Source of the DNA: Thermodesulfovibrionales bacterium
GTDB lineage: Bacteria > Nitrospirota > Thermodesulfovibrionia > Thermodesulfovibrionales > SM23-35
Assembly (NCBI GenBank): GCA_963715195.1
Contig: CAVQRT010000002.1
Span: 1-64,000, forward strand
Direction: 5' to 3'
Length of the DNA stretch: 64,000 nucleotides
A model generated the notes under the pieces. It had not been told where the DNA came from, did no database searches, and was given only the letters and a program-made list of their open reading frames with translations. Of the stretch, positions 20,020 through 30,205 are shown piece after piece (within the stretch, counting starts at the first letter, position 1; every line of letters begins with the position of its first letter). The translations under genes and the position numbers were made by a program.

Positions 20020-20358
20020 TCAATGAGTGAGTCCTTCAGAGAGGAGCTTATCCACTTCCCTCCGGATTACGGTTGCGGGTATACCGCCATGGACTTTCAG
20101 AATACCGTTGATCAGTACGACAGGCGTATTTAAAGCCCCTAACCTTAACAGCTCCCTGATATCATCAAACTCCTCCTCCCCGTCCATAAAAAGATCAATA
20201 TATTCGACATAAACGATCGATGGATAAAAATAGCTCATCTCATGCGAAAGTTCTTCACTAAGTATCTTGTTTGTCCCTGAGATTTCTGTCGTGTTGTCAT
20301 CAAAAAGCATTGCTTCAGTGGGATTGTCAAGTATCTGTATATGAACTCGTTGAAGCAT
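20020..20358 (-). CDS. Hypothetical protein, possible YuzD/DUF1462-like thioredoxin-fold
   Basis: VEYIDLF...PVVLING...GGIP pattern; co-oriented directly after panC with a GAGG RBS. Confidence 0.6.
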   Translation of the reverse strand: MLQRVHIQILDNPTEAMLFDDNTTEISGTNKILSEELSHEMSYFYPSIVYVEYIDLFMDGEEEFDDIRELLRLGALNTPVVLINGILKVHGGIPATVIRREVDKLLSEGLTH

Positions 20359-20363
20359 TCAGA

Positions 20364-21224
20364 TTACCTCTCATTCCGCATGGTTACAAGAATGTTGTCT
20401 ATAAGCCTCGTATTCCCTATCCATACCGCAACCGCAAGGAGCATTTCATCCGCAGTCCCGGACAACTCTTCAAGGGTTTCTGGGTCATAGACTCCGGCAT
20501 AATCGATCTTTGTAACGGCAGGCTTATTGAGAATCTTCCTGTGCATCGCCTCTTTGAGATGCGCGATATCTATTATACCAGATTTGAGCAGGGCAGCCGC
20601 TTCCTTCAACCCCTGGTAAAGAACCACGGACGCCTCCCGCTGAGCCTGATCCAGGTATAGATTTCTCGAACTCATGGCAAGGCCGTCTCTTTCCCTGATG
20701 GTAGGACAGACAACGACATCGACGTCCATATCGAGATCTTTCACCATTTTTTTTATAATGACGGCCTGCTGATAATCCTTCTGGCCAAAATATGCCCTCG
20801 TTGGTTTTACGATATGAAAGAGCTTTGCTACGACCGTTGCAACACCGGCAAAATGTCCCGGCCTGAAGTATCCGCACAGCTTATCGGAAATCTTTCCCAC
20901 TTCAATACGCGTTAAAAACTCCCCGGGATACAACTGGGAGGCATCAGGCATAAAAAGGATATCGGTTTCTTCCCGGGTAAGCTTTTCCGTATCTCCCTCT
21001 ATGTCCCTTGGATACCTTTGAAAATCCTCAGCCGGCCCGAACTGCAGCGGATTTACGAATATGCTTGCAACCGTTTTATCATTCTCCTGCTTCGACCTCC
21101 TGACCAGACTGAGATGACCCTCGTGCAGTGCTCCCATTGTCGGGATAAATCCTGTTGTCTTGCTGCGGAGAAGCATGCCGCTGACAGTGTCCTGCATAAT
21201 TTTCGGTACGCGGATTATTTCCAT
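20364..21224 (-). CDS. panC: Pantoate--beta-alanine ligase
   Basis: PTMGALHEGH, FGQKD, GLAMSSRN, RLIDN. Confidence 0.97.
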   Translation of the reverse strand: MEIIRVPKIMQDTVSGMLLRSKTTGFIPTMGALHEGHLSLVRRSKQENDKTVASIFVNPLQFGPAEDFQRYPRDIEGDTEKLTREETDILFMPDASQLYPGEFLTRIEVGKISDKLCGYFRPGHFAGVATVVAKLFHIVKPTRAYFGQKDYQQAVIIKKMVKDLDMDVDVVVCPTIRERDGLAMSSRNLYLDQAQREASVVLYQGLKEAAALLKSGIIDIAHLKEAMHRKILNKPAVTKIDYAGVYDPETLEELSGTADEMLLAVAVWIGNTRLIDNILVTMRNER

Positions 21225-21539
21225 AAACCAATATTTCAATATAACCTAATGAAAGACCGCTGCGTTTGTCAAACCTGTCGCAACGCATCACCGTACCGCT
21301 GATTGGGACTTTTCAAGACTTCTTATGGTAGAATTCGAGATTGTGGAGGAAATTGGTATCGTCGGGCGCACAGAGGGTATGAATGCGCAAGTCACGCTTC
21401 TAAAAAAGTGCCTGTGACGGGTGTTCAGTTACAACTTGCGTTCCAATGACAGAGGAAATTTTCGGAAATGAAGGATCATCAAAGTCTTACAGCATGACAA
21501 TGAAGTACAGAATATTCTTGCTTGGAGGGGAAATAAGAT

Positions 21540-23636
21540 ATGGAAACTACTGATGTAAACAAAATACGGAATGTGGCGGTTGTTGCTCACAGCGGCGCCG
21601 GCAAAACCTCACTTGTTGAGGCCATGCTTTTCAATTCAGGGGCAATAGTCAGAATCGGGAACATTGAGGACGGCACCAGCACAACTGATTTTGAGCCGGA
21701 GGAGATCGCCCGGAAAATAACCATAACTTCATCGGTTGCATGCTGCACTTGGAATAATTACAGGATAAATCTTGTAGACACACCCGGATTCATAAATTTT
21801 CTGGAGGACACACGCGGATGCCTGCGGGCAGTCGACGGAGTAATTGTTATCGTCAGCGGGCTATCGGGTGTAAAAGCAGAGACTCAGAAGATATGGAAGT
21901 ATGCTTCTGACTTTGAACTGCCAAGAATTGTCTTCGTGAACAAAATGGACAAGGAGACAGCAAACTTCTCCCGGGCTGTCGGGGATCTTGAAAAAACCTT
22001 TGAAGCAAATGCGCTTCCTCTCCAACTCCCGATTGGTTCAGGTGAGCATTTCAGGGGGATAGTGGACCTGATTCAAATGAAAGCCTATACCTTTCAAAAG
22101 GGGAAGGCTGCGGAGTCTGAAATCCCCTCTGATATGATGTCCGCTGTGGAAGAGCACCGAAAAAATTTAGTAGAAAAAATAGCGGAGTCTGATGATACCC
22201 TGCTCGAGAAATATCTTGAGGGCGGAACACTGACTGATGATGAGATTCTGAAAGGAGTGAAAGAAGGATCAATCACAAGAAGGTTCATCCCGGTCACCTG
22301 CGGCTCTGCTTCAATGAATATTGGCATTCCGCACCTCCTCGACGACATGATTCTTTGTCTGCCTTCACCTGTTGAAATGGCACAGATTTCGCCAATAAAG
22401 GGGACAAATCCCCGGAATAATACCGACGCTGAACGCAAACCATCCCCTGCAGAACCTTTATCTGCATATGTTTTCAAAACAATTGCCGACCCTTTTGCAG
22501 GCAGACTCTCTATCTTCAGGGTTTTTTCGGGATCACTGAAAGCAGATTCAAATATCCTGAATTCGACTACAGGTGCTAAGGAGCGGATCGGCCAGGTCTT
22601 CTATCTCCTCGGCAAAAAACAGATACCCGCTCAGACGATAGTGGCAGGAGAAATCGGAGTTGTGGCAAAACTGAAAGAAACCTTTACGGGTGATACCCTA
22701 TCGGATGAATCAAACCCTCTGGTCTTTGCAAAGGTTAAATTCTCCGACCCCGTCATATCGTATGCCATAGCACCCAAGAGTAAGGGGGATGAAGATAAGG
22801 TGAGCACAGGCCTTCATAGGATACTCGAAGAGGATCCGACCCTGAGATTCCAGAGAGATGAAGAAACGAAGGAGATGCTTCTTTCAGGAATGGGCCAGGT
22901 GCACCTTGAAGTCACCCTCGACAGACTGAAGCGGAAATTCGGTGTCGAAGTGCTGATGAAAACCCCAAAGGTCCCTTACAGGGAAACGATAAAGGTTTCA
23001 GCACGGGCGCAGGGGAGATACAAGAAACAGTCAGGGGGTCGCGGACAGTATGGGGACTGTTATCTTGAAGTAGAGCCCCTCCCACGGGGAGAAGGATATG
23101 AATTCCAAGACAAGATTGTGGGGGGCGTTATACCGCAGCAGTACAGACCTGCAGTTGAAAAGGGGGTAGCAGAGACCATGAAGGAAGGCATTATTGCAGG
23201 CTATCCGTTAGTCGATGTTAAGGTTACCCTGTATGACGGTTCATACCATTCGGTGGATTCCTCTGAAATGGCTTTCAAAATAGCGGGCTCAATGGCCTTG
23301 CGGAAAGCTGTTCAAGACGGAAAGCCTGTTCTGCTCGAGCCGATTATGAAGGTCGAGGTCATAACCCCTGATGATACCCTCGGTGCGGTTATCGGAGACC
23401 TCAATTCCAAGCGCGGAAGGGTCCAGGGAGTCGAACCACAGGCCGGCGGAAACCAGAAGATTAATGCCCAGGTCCCTATGTCTGAAATGCTCACGTACGC
23501 CAATCAATTGACAAGCCTGACATCGGGCAGGGGACTGTATTCCATGGAATCATCCCACTATGAAGAACTACCCAGTCATCTCGCGCAGAAGATAATCGCC
23601 GAGCGGGAGGCGCAAAAGAAAGAAAAAGCAGAATAA
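21540..23636 (+). CDS. fusA: Elongation factor G paralog (EF-G2-like)
   Basis: AHSGAGKT, DTPG, NKMD, KKQSGGRGQYG, DSSEMAF. Not in an str operon. Confidence 0.9.
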   Translation: METTDVNKIRNVAVVAHSGAGKTSLVEAMLFNSGAIVRIGNIEDGTSTTDFEPEEIARKITITSSVACCTWNNYRINLVDTPGFINFLEDTRGCLRAVDGVIVIVSGLSGVKAETQKIWKYASDFELPRIVFVNKMDKETANFSRAVGDLEKTFEANALPLQLPIGSGEHFRGIVDLIQMKAYTFQKGKAAESEIPSDMMSAVEEHRKNLVEKIAESDDTLLEKYLEGGTLTDDEILKGVKEGSITRRFIPVTCGSASMNIGIPHLLDDMILCLPSPVEMAQISPIKGTNPRNNTDAERKPSPAEPLSAYVFKTIADPFAGRLSIFRVFSGSLKADSNILNSTTGAKERIGQVFYLLGKKQIPAQTIVAGEIGVVAKLKETFTGDTLSDESNPLVFAKVKFSDPVISYAIAPKSKGDEDKVSTGLHRILEEDPTLRFQRDEETKEMLLSGMGQVHLEVTLDRLKRKFGVEVLMKTPKVPYRETIKVSARAQGRYKKQSGGRGQYGDCYLEVEPLPRGEGYEFQDKIVGGVIPQQYRPAVEKGVAETMKEGIIAGYPLVDVKVTLYDGSYHSVDSSEMAFKIAGSMALRKAVQDGKPVLLEPIMKVEVITPDDTLGAVIGDLNSKRGRVQGVEPQAGGNQKINAQVPMSEMLTYANQLTSLTSGRGLYSMESSHYEELPSHLAQKIIAEREAQKKEKAE

Positions 23637-23655
23637 AAATTGACCGTTACCACCA

Positions 23656-26481
23656 ATGGCAGAGGACTATAAGGCTACCCTGAATCTACCACAGACGGAT
23701 TTCCCCATGAAGGCGAATCTCACCCGGAAGGAGCCTTTCATTCTCGGGTTCTGGGAAGAGAAGGAAACATACGGCAGGATGCATGAAAACAATAAGAACG
23801 CTGCGCCGTATATCCTGCATGACGGCCCTCCATATGCAAACGGCCACATTCATATCGGACATGCTTTAAACAAAATACTGAAAGATATCATCGTTAAATA
23901 TAAATCGATGAGAGGCTTTTATGCCCCTTATGTTCCCGGGTGGGATTGCCACGGACTGCCGATTGAACTCCAGGTTGACAGGAATCTTGGGGACAGGAAA
24001 AACACCGTCGGCATCCTTGAGAAAAGAGAGCTCTGCAAGGCATATGCAGCAGAGTTCGTTGCAATCCAGCGGGATGAATTCATTCGACTGGGAGTGTTTG
24101 GGGACTGGCAAACTCCTTACCTTACAATGTCTCATTCCTACGAGGCGACGATTGTAAGGGAATTCTGCAAATTTGTAGAATCGGGAAGCGTCTATAAAGG
24201 AAAAAAACCGGTTCACTGGTGCCCTTCCTGTGTCACAGCCCTTGCCGAGGCAGAAGTAGAATACGGGAACAAGGAATCGCCCTCAATTATTGTGAAATTT
24301 GCACTTGATGAGGCGGATATCCAGAAAAGCTTTCCTGCACTCTCCGGGAGAAAATTGTTTGCACTTATATGGACCACCACTCCGTGGACCCTCCCTGCAA
24401 ATCTCGCCCTTGCCTTCCATCCGGATTTTACCTATATAGCTCTCGAACAGGATAGCGAAATCTATCTCATCGCTGAAGGCAGAAGAGAAGCCGTCAGGGA
24501 GAAGACCGGCATCGATGGGAAAGTCCTTCTGCGGATTTCGGGGAAGGAAATGGAAGGCATACAAATGCTCCATCCTTTTATCCAGAGAAAATCAGTCGGA
24601 GTTTTAGGGGAATTTGTATCTCTCGAAGAAGGAACAGGCATTGTTCATATCGCTCCGGGACACGGAGAAGATGATTACGAAACCGGTTTGCGATACGGAC
24701 TTGATATCTATGCGCCGGTCGACAAACATGGGAATTTCCGTTTTTCTGAATCTGAGCAGATTACGTCTCTGCAGGGGAAATTCGTATTCAAGGCAAATGC
24801 AGATATCATCGAAATATTGAAAAATCGTCATGCACTCTTGAAAGAAGACCGGGTAACACATGCATACCCGCATTGCTGGCGGTGCAAAAAACCTGTCATT
24901 TTCCGTGCCACTGAACAATGGTTCATATCCATGGATAAAAATGACCTGAGAGGAAAGGCATTGTCTGAAATCGCTGGTGTCACCTGGGTTCCCGGATGGG
25001 GGAAAGAGAGAATTGACAGGATGGTAACGAACAGGCCTGACTGGTGCATATCGAGGCAAAGGGCATGGGGGGTACCGATCACCATCCTGAGATGCGAGAA
25101 GTGCAAAGCGTTCGTCACGGATCCATCAATCTTTGCAAAGATCATCAGCCTGGTGGAAGAACAGGGTGCGGATGTTTGGTTCATGCAGAGACCGGAAGAT
25201 TTTTTGCCGGCTGGGTATGCATGCAAAACATGCGGACATACTGCATTTTCGAAAGAAATGGACATACTCGATGTATGGTTCGACTCGGGTGTCAGTCATG
25301 CGGCGGTCATGGAAGCCGACGACAGGTTATCCTGGCCGGCTGACATGTACCTCGAGGGCAGTGATCAGCACCGGGGTTGGTTCCAGAGCTCGCTCCTCGC
25401 ATCAGTAGGAACAAGGGGGAAAGCGCCCTACAGGACAGTCCTTACCCATGGGTTTACCGTTGATGGACAGGGGAAAAAGATGTCGAAATCCCTCGGGAAT
25501 GTTGTAGCACCCCAGGAGGTTATCAAGAGCAATGGAGCGGAAATACTGAGGCTGTGGGTTTCTGCAGAAGATTACCGGGATGACATACGGATTTCAAGAG
25601 AAATTCTCGACAGACTCACTGAAGCATACAGAAAGATAAGAAATACCTGCAGGTTCCTGCTCGGAAATATTCATGATTTCGACGGCAATGATTACAGCGG
25701 TCATCTGCTGGAGATAGACAGGTGGGCGATGAGCAGGCTCCAGAGTTTTACCGCTAAGGTTGTCTCGGCATACGAGAATTTTGAATTCCATGAAGTATTT
25801 CATAGCATTTACAATTTCTGCGTCGTCGATATGAGTTCCTTCTACCTTGATGTGCTGAAAGATAGGCTCTATACGTTCAGGACAGATTCCCCTGAGAGGC
25901 GGGCAGCCCAGTGGGTTCTCGGCAGGATTCTCTCCTCAATGACAAGACTTATGGCGCCGGTGCTCTCCTTTACTGCCGAGGAAGTCTGGCAGAGCATGAG
26001 AGCAGGCAACCAGTTCAGAGTCCGGGGGAGCGGACAACCTGAAGAATCGGTCTTTCTTGCGTCATTTCCGGCACCTGATGCAGCCTTTTGGAACAGGGAA
26101 CTTGAGAAAAAATGGGATGACCTGTTTGTTTTGCGCAATGAAGTCAACAAGGCTCTCGAAATAAAGAGGTCGGAAAGATTCCTCGGAAACTCTCTTGAGG
26201 CAACCGTTATCCTGCAGCTTCCTGAAAAATATAAAGATCTTCTTGCCGGGAGCAGTGACTTCCTGCCGGCGTTCTTCATTGTATCCGCCGTTGAACTCAC
26301 TGATGAGAGCATGGAGGATTCTCACCGGAGCGATGAAATAGAGGGGCTCGAAATAAGAATCGAGCGTGCTTCGGGCCTGAAGTGCCAGAGGTGCTGGAAC
26401 TGGAGCCAAACCGTCGGAACGTTCACAGATAAACCCGATATCTGCGAACGGTGCTATAACGTAGTTGTTCATAAAAAATAG
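23656..26481 (+). CDS. ileS: Isoleucine--tRNA ligase
   Basis: HDGPPYANG, HIGH, KMSKS, C-terminal CQRC...CERC zinc finger. Confidence 0.98.
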   Translation: MAEDYKATLNLPQTDFPMKANLTRKEPFILGFWEEKETYGRMHENNKNAAPYILHDGPPYANGHIHIGHALNKILKDIIVKYKSMRGFYAPYVPGWDCHGLPIELQVDRNLGDRKNTVGILEKRELCKAYAAEFVAIQRDEFIRLGVFGDWQTPYLTMSHSYEATIVREFCKFVESGSVYKGKKPVHWCPSCVTALAEAEVEYGNKESPSIIVKFALDEADIQKSFPALSGRKLFALIWTTTPWTLPANLALAFHPDFTYIALEQDSEIYLIAEGRREAVREKTGIDGKVLLRISGKEMEGIQMLHPFIQRKSVGVLGEFVSLEEGTGIVHIAPGHGEDDYETGLRYGLDIYAPVDKHGNFRFSESEQITSLQGKFVFKANADIIEILKNRHALLKEDRVTHAYPHCWRCKKPVIFRATEQWFISMDKNDLRGKALSEIAGVTWVPGWGKERIDRMVTNRPDWCISRQRAWGVPITILRCEKCKAFVTDPSIFAKIISLVEEQGADVWFMQRPEDFLPAGYACKTCGHTAFSKEMDILDVWFDSGVSHAAVMEADDRLSWPADMYLEGSDQHRGWFQSSLLASVGTRGKAPYRTVLTHGFTVDGQGKKMSKSLGNVVAPQEVIKSNGAEILRLWVSAEDYRDDIRISREILDRLTEAYRKIRNTCRFLLGNIHDFDGNDYSGHLLEIDRWAMSRLQSFTAKVVSAYENFEFHEVFHSIYNFCVVDMSSFYLDVLKDRLYTFRTDSPERRAAQWVLGRILSSMTRLMAPVLSFTAEEVWQSMRAGNQFRVRGSGQPEESVFLASFPAPDAAFWNRELEKKWDDLFVLRNEVNKALEIKRSERFLGNSLEATVILQLPEKYKDLLAGSSDFLPAFFIVSAVELTDESMEDSHRSDEIEGLEIRIERASGLKCQRCWNWSQTVGTFTDKPDICERCYNVVVHKK

Positions 26482-26534
26482 AGAAACCAAAAAAGTGCAG
26501 ACATTGCTCGAATCCTCGACCCCTTGAATCCTTT

Positions 26535-26978
26535 ATGAAACACGTTCTCTCCATCGTGATCATTGTGATCCTGGTTGTCGCACTGGATCAGGCAATCAAA
26601 TACCTGATCATGACAAACCTCTCAGTATATGATTCAAGAGAAATATTCCCTTTCCTCCATATTGTTCACGTAAGGAATACCGGTGCTGCATTCGGGATGT
26701 TCAAGACCCTTGGAAGAACATTCTTCATCATCTTATCCGTCTTCGCAATCATTTTTATCATATATCTTCTTGCGAAGAGAACCTATAACGCTTTCGGCCT
26801 CGCGCTTATTCTGGGTGGGGCACTGGGAAATCTGATCGACCGGATATTCTATGGGAAGGTTGTAGACTTTATCGATCTTTCTATAGGGTCCTACCACTGG
26901 CCTGCATTCAATGTCGCGGACTCTTCCCTCACCATCGGAATAGCAGTAATTTTGCTAACGTATTTATTCAAGAAATAA
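26535..26978 (+). CDS. lspA: Signal peptidase II
   Basis: NTGAAFG, GALGNLIDR, VVDFI, FNVADS. Confidence 0.96.
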   Translation: MKHVLSIVIIVILVVALDQAIKYLIMTNLSVYDSREIFPFLHIVHVRNTGAAFGMFKTLGRTFFIILSVFAIIFIIYLLAKRTYNAFGLALILGGALGNLIDRIFYGKVVDFIDLSIGSYHWPAFNVADSSLTIGIAVILLTYLFKK

Positions 26979-27006
26979 CAAGCAACCAAACCGCAAAGAA
27001 CCTGCC

Positions 27007-28128
27007 TTATTCACAAATTGCATATCCCCTGATCTTTTCAAGCCTTTTTCCGCGTATACCGAGAAAGTCAATGCTGCTGATTTTTCTTTCCCTTCGTATG
27101 TTTAAAATCCTTGCGACCGTCTCCGGTCCAATCCCCGGGACTCTCAACAAAGCCTCCCTGTCTGATGTATTGATGTGCACAGGGAAAAATTCTGGATGAC
27201 TGTCTGCCCATATCTCCTTGGGGTCTTTGTCCATTCTCAGATTGCCGTTCGCACCGAGCATGAAGTCTTCCTGCCTGAACCCATATTTCCTGATAAGAAA
27301 ATCGGCCTGATACAACCGGTGTTCTCTCATGAATAATGCACCGGGATCTTCGAGAAAGTTTCTCTCTCCCGGGATACCGGCATGGCCGAGCCCCTTCTGA
27401 TAGGCCGAGAAATACACCCTTTTAAAATTCAAACGTTTATAGAGGCTGAACATGTAGTGAATAATCTCAGCGTCAGTCTCGTCTGATGCACCAACGATAA
27501 ACTGGGTGGTACATTTAACCCGCGAAAAATTCTCCCCCGATCCCGTAAGTTTACTCATCAATTTCAGGGGACGAATGATATCCCTGTTGTAGTCTTTCTT
27601 TCTCGACAGAGCACTGAAATGTTTTTGCCCGGGGGTTTCGATGTTCAGCGATACAGCAGTCGCCAGTGAGATAGCATCTTCAATCGCCGCGTCAGATGCT
27701 CCGGGTATGATCTTCAGATGGATATATCCGCTGAAATGATGATGATACCGGAGCAGCCGCGCCACGGTATTGATTTTATCCATGGTATAGTCAGCATTAT
27801 TGATAACCGCTGAACTCAGGAACAGCCCAAAGACTTTTTTATTCTGATAATATTGCATAAAGGTACGCGCGACTTCGTCTGGTCGGAGTGAACACCGCCG
27901 TACGTTGCTTTCCGAACGGAGAGGGCAGTACATGCAATCATTTGCACAGGCATTGGAGAGAAGGGTTTTGAAAAGGACGGTACTGCCGCCCTGCGGAAGC
28001 ACAACAGGATAGAGCCATTTGCCGTCCGGACCCCGTTTCCTGTGTTCATCACGCGCTGTTCCGCACGCACACGCAAGATCGTATCGTGAATCCTCAGAAA
28101 GAATTTTTAACTTATCGATTGTATCCAA
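27007..28128 (-). CDS. Putative DNA modification/repair radical SAM protein with C-terminal HhH
   Basis: YDLAC, CANDCMYC, GLFLSS, YIHLKIIPG, REHRLYQADFL, VPGIG. Start placed at TTG (LDTIDKL). Confidence 0.85.
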   Translation of the reverse strand: MDTIDKLKILSEDSRYDLACACGTARDEHRKRGPDGKWLYPVVLPQGGSTVLFKTLLSNACANDCMYCPLRSESNVRRCSLRPDEVARTFMQYYQNKKVFGLFLSSAVINNADYTMDKINTVARLLRYHHHFSGYIHLKIIPGASDAAIEDAISLATAVSLNIETPGQKHFSALSRKKDYNRDIIRPLKLMSKLTGSGENFSRVKCTTQFIVGASDETDAEIIHYMFSLYKRLNFKRVYFSAYQKGLGHAGIPGERNFLEDPGALFMREHRLYQADFLIRKYGFRQEDFMLGANGNLRMDKDPKEIWADSHPEFFPVHINTSDREALLRVPGIGPETVARILNIRRERKISSIDFLGIRGKRLEKIRGYAICE

Positions 28129-28381
28129 GGATGACCTTTTTGGGATTATATCATGGTCGTCTATGCTGAACCACAAAAATACACTGAAAAGTGCAAATGT
28201 TGTAAGAAAAATTATTTTTCGATACCGAAGTGTGCTTTTCACTGATGGTTTAACGAATATTTTTATCCGGAAAACGATAAAGGATCATTAAATCAATCAT
28301 CACGTTGAAGAATTTTTCGAGCGATGTCTTCACTTTTCGCGTAATGAGAAGGATGGTATTTTGCCTGTGCTATTATAGAGA

Positions 28382-29152
28382 ATGCATCCTGTGCTGATTC
28401 GAATCGGTCCTCTGACGATTCATACCTACGGATTTCTGATTGCCATCGGGTTCCTTGTTGCCCTCTGGCTTGCAGCTATTCAGGCAAAGAAAGAAGGTTT
28501 TCCTGCAGGCAAAATAATGGACCTCGGGTTTTATATTCTTCTCGCGGCTATTGTCGGCTCAAGGCTTTTTTTCGTTCTCATCAATGCAGGGCATTACATC
28601 AATCGTCCTCTGGATGTTTTCAAGATCTGGGAGGGAGGCCTCGTCTTCTACGGAGGAGTTTTGCTTGCAGTTCCCGTTGCCGTCTGGCATATAAAGAGAA
28701 ACGGAATGGATCTGTGGAGCACAGCAGACATCTTGGCCCCGTCGATTGCCATCGGGCATGCTTTTGGCAGACTTGGGTGCCTGGCAGCAGGCTGCTGCCA
28801 CGGAAGGCCCGCTGAAGACCTACCCTGGGGAATAATCTTCACAGATCCGGAATCTCTGGCCCCGACAAATGTGCTCCTGCATCCGACACAGCTCTATGAG
28901 TCCGCAGGAGAATTGCTTATCTTTCTTGCTCTCATTCTGACGAGAACCCGTAAATCATTCGATGGACAGCTTTTCATGATGTACCTGATCCTATACGCAG
29001 TCCTGAGGTTTCTTGTCGAGTTCTTCCGGGGTGATATAGGGCGGGGATTCATCATGGAGAACATGTCGGTATCCCAGGGGATGAGTATCCTGATCTTTAT
29101 CACCGGCATCCTTGGAATTCTGATTTTAAAGAAAAGAAAGCCCGTTCACTGA
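28382..29152 (+). CDS. lgt: Prolipoprotein diacylglyceryl transferase
   Basis: GGLVFYGG, GRLGC, HPTQLYE, RFLVEFFR. Confidence 0.96.
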   Translation: MHPVLIRIGPLTIHTYGFLIAIGFLVALWLAAIQAKKEGFPAGKIMDLGFYILLAAIVGSRLFFVLINAGHYINRPLDVFKIWEGGLVFYGGVLLAVPVAVWHIKRNGMDLWSTADILAPSIAIGHAFGRLGCLAAGCCHGRPAEDLPWGIIFTDPESLAPTNVLLHPTQLYESAGELLIFLALILTRTRKSFDGQLFMMYLILYAVLRFLVEFFRGDIGRGFIMENMSVSQGMSILIFITGILGILILKKRKPVH

Positions 29153-30205
29153 TTACAGCGGCATATATGCAACCGGGTTCAGGTCAAGTTTGGCGAGATC
29201 TCCTGCCTTGAAATGATGATATCCTGCAGCTGCGATCATGGCAGCATTGTCTGTGCATAGAAAGAGAGGAGGCATAAATAATTCTGCCTCCTTATCCCCT
29301 GCCATCTCCTCCATCCTCTTCCTCAATGCACTGTTTGCAGCAACACCTCCTGACAGGATAACCCGCCTGATCCCCTCTTTCCTGATTGCCCATTCTGTCT
29401 TTTTAACCAGCACGTCAACGACAGCAGCCTGAAAGGAGGCTGCAATGTCGTTGATGAGGTCAGAGATTTCACCCTCTCCCTTACCCTCTTCCCTCAAGGG
29501 CGAGGGACAGTTTGAATAGCTGCTTTTTGATTTCACAAAATTCAGTACGGCGGTTTTCAATCCGCTGAAGCTGAAATCAAGTGACTCGGGCAGATATGCC
29601 CTTGGAAAGGCTATCGAATCAGCAGTACCATTACGGGCAAGAGTATCGATAACAGGGCCGCCGGGGTATCCAAGTCCGAGTAGCTTGGAAACCTTGTCAT
29701 ATGCCTCTCCCGCAGCATCATCCCTCGTCCTTCCAAGCTCGACGTATTTCCCAAATCCATCAACCCTGTACAGGCAGGTGTGTCCACCGGAGACAATCAA
29801 TGCGATAAAAGGATAATCAAGCGTTGCGTTCTCAAGAAATGCAGAGAAGATATGTCCCTCAAGATGATTGACCGCAACAAGGGGAATTTGTTTCGCGTAG
29901 CAGAAAGCCTTCGCAAAAGAACATCCTATCAGCAGCGAACCGATCAGGCCCGGGCCGTGACAGACTGCAATACAGGCTAAATCCTTGTACGAAATACGGG
30001 CGGTTTTCAATGCTTCGTCAACAACCGGCCATATCATCTCTATATGGCGGCGGGATGCAAGCTCCGGAACGATTCCCCCGTATTGTTTATGGATATCCGT
30101 CTGGTTCGAAATAATGTTAGAGATGATATTTGTACCGGATTCGACAACAGATGCCGATGTGTCATCGCAGGATGTATCGATACCGAGGATCAGCACAGGG
30201 GGCAT
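29153..30205 (-). CDS. tsaD: tRNA N6-adenosine threonylcarbamoyltransferase TsaD
   Basis: GIDTSCDDT, HLEGH, VSGGHT, DDAAGEAYDK, FSFSGLKT, DNAAMI. Confidence 0.97.
   Translation of the reverse strand: MPPVLILGIDTSCDDTSASVVESGTNIISNIISNQTDIHKQYGGIVPELASRRHIEMIWPVVDEALKTARISYKDLACIAVCHGPGLIGSLLIGCSFAKAFCYAKQIPLVAVNHLEGHIFSAFLENATLDYPFIALIVSGGHTCLYRVDGFGKYVELGRTRDDAAGEAYDKVSKLLGLGYPGGPVIDTLARNGTADSIAFPRAYLPESLDFSFSGLKTAVLNFVKSKSSYSNCPSPLREEGKGEGEISDLINDIAASFQAAVVDVLVKKTEWAIRKEGIRRVILSGGVAANSALRKRMEEMAGDKEAELFMPPLFLCTDNAAMIAAAGYHHFKAGDLAKLDLNPVAYMPL
29469..29507 (-). repeat. Palindromic REP/BoxC-like element inside tsaD
   Basis: Minus strand TCCCTCGCCCTTGAGGGAAGAGGGTAAGGGAGAGGGTGA, read in frame as PSPLREEGKGEG. 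Confidence 0.6.

Noticed and set aside
23637..23655. T-box leader for ileS
   Set aside because: Only 19 nt separate the EF-G paralog from ileS.
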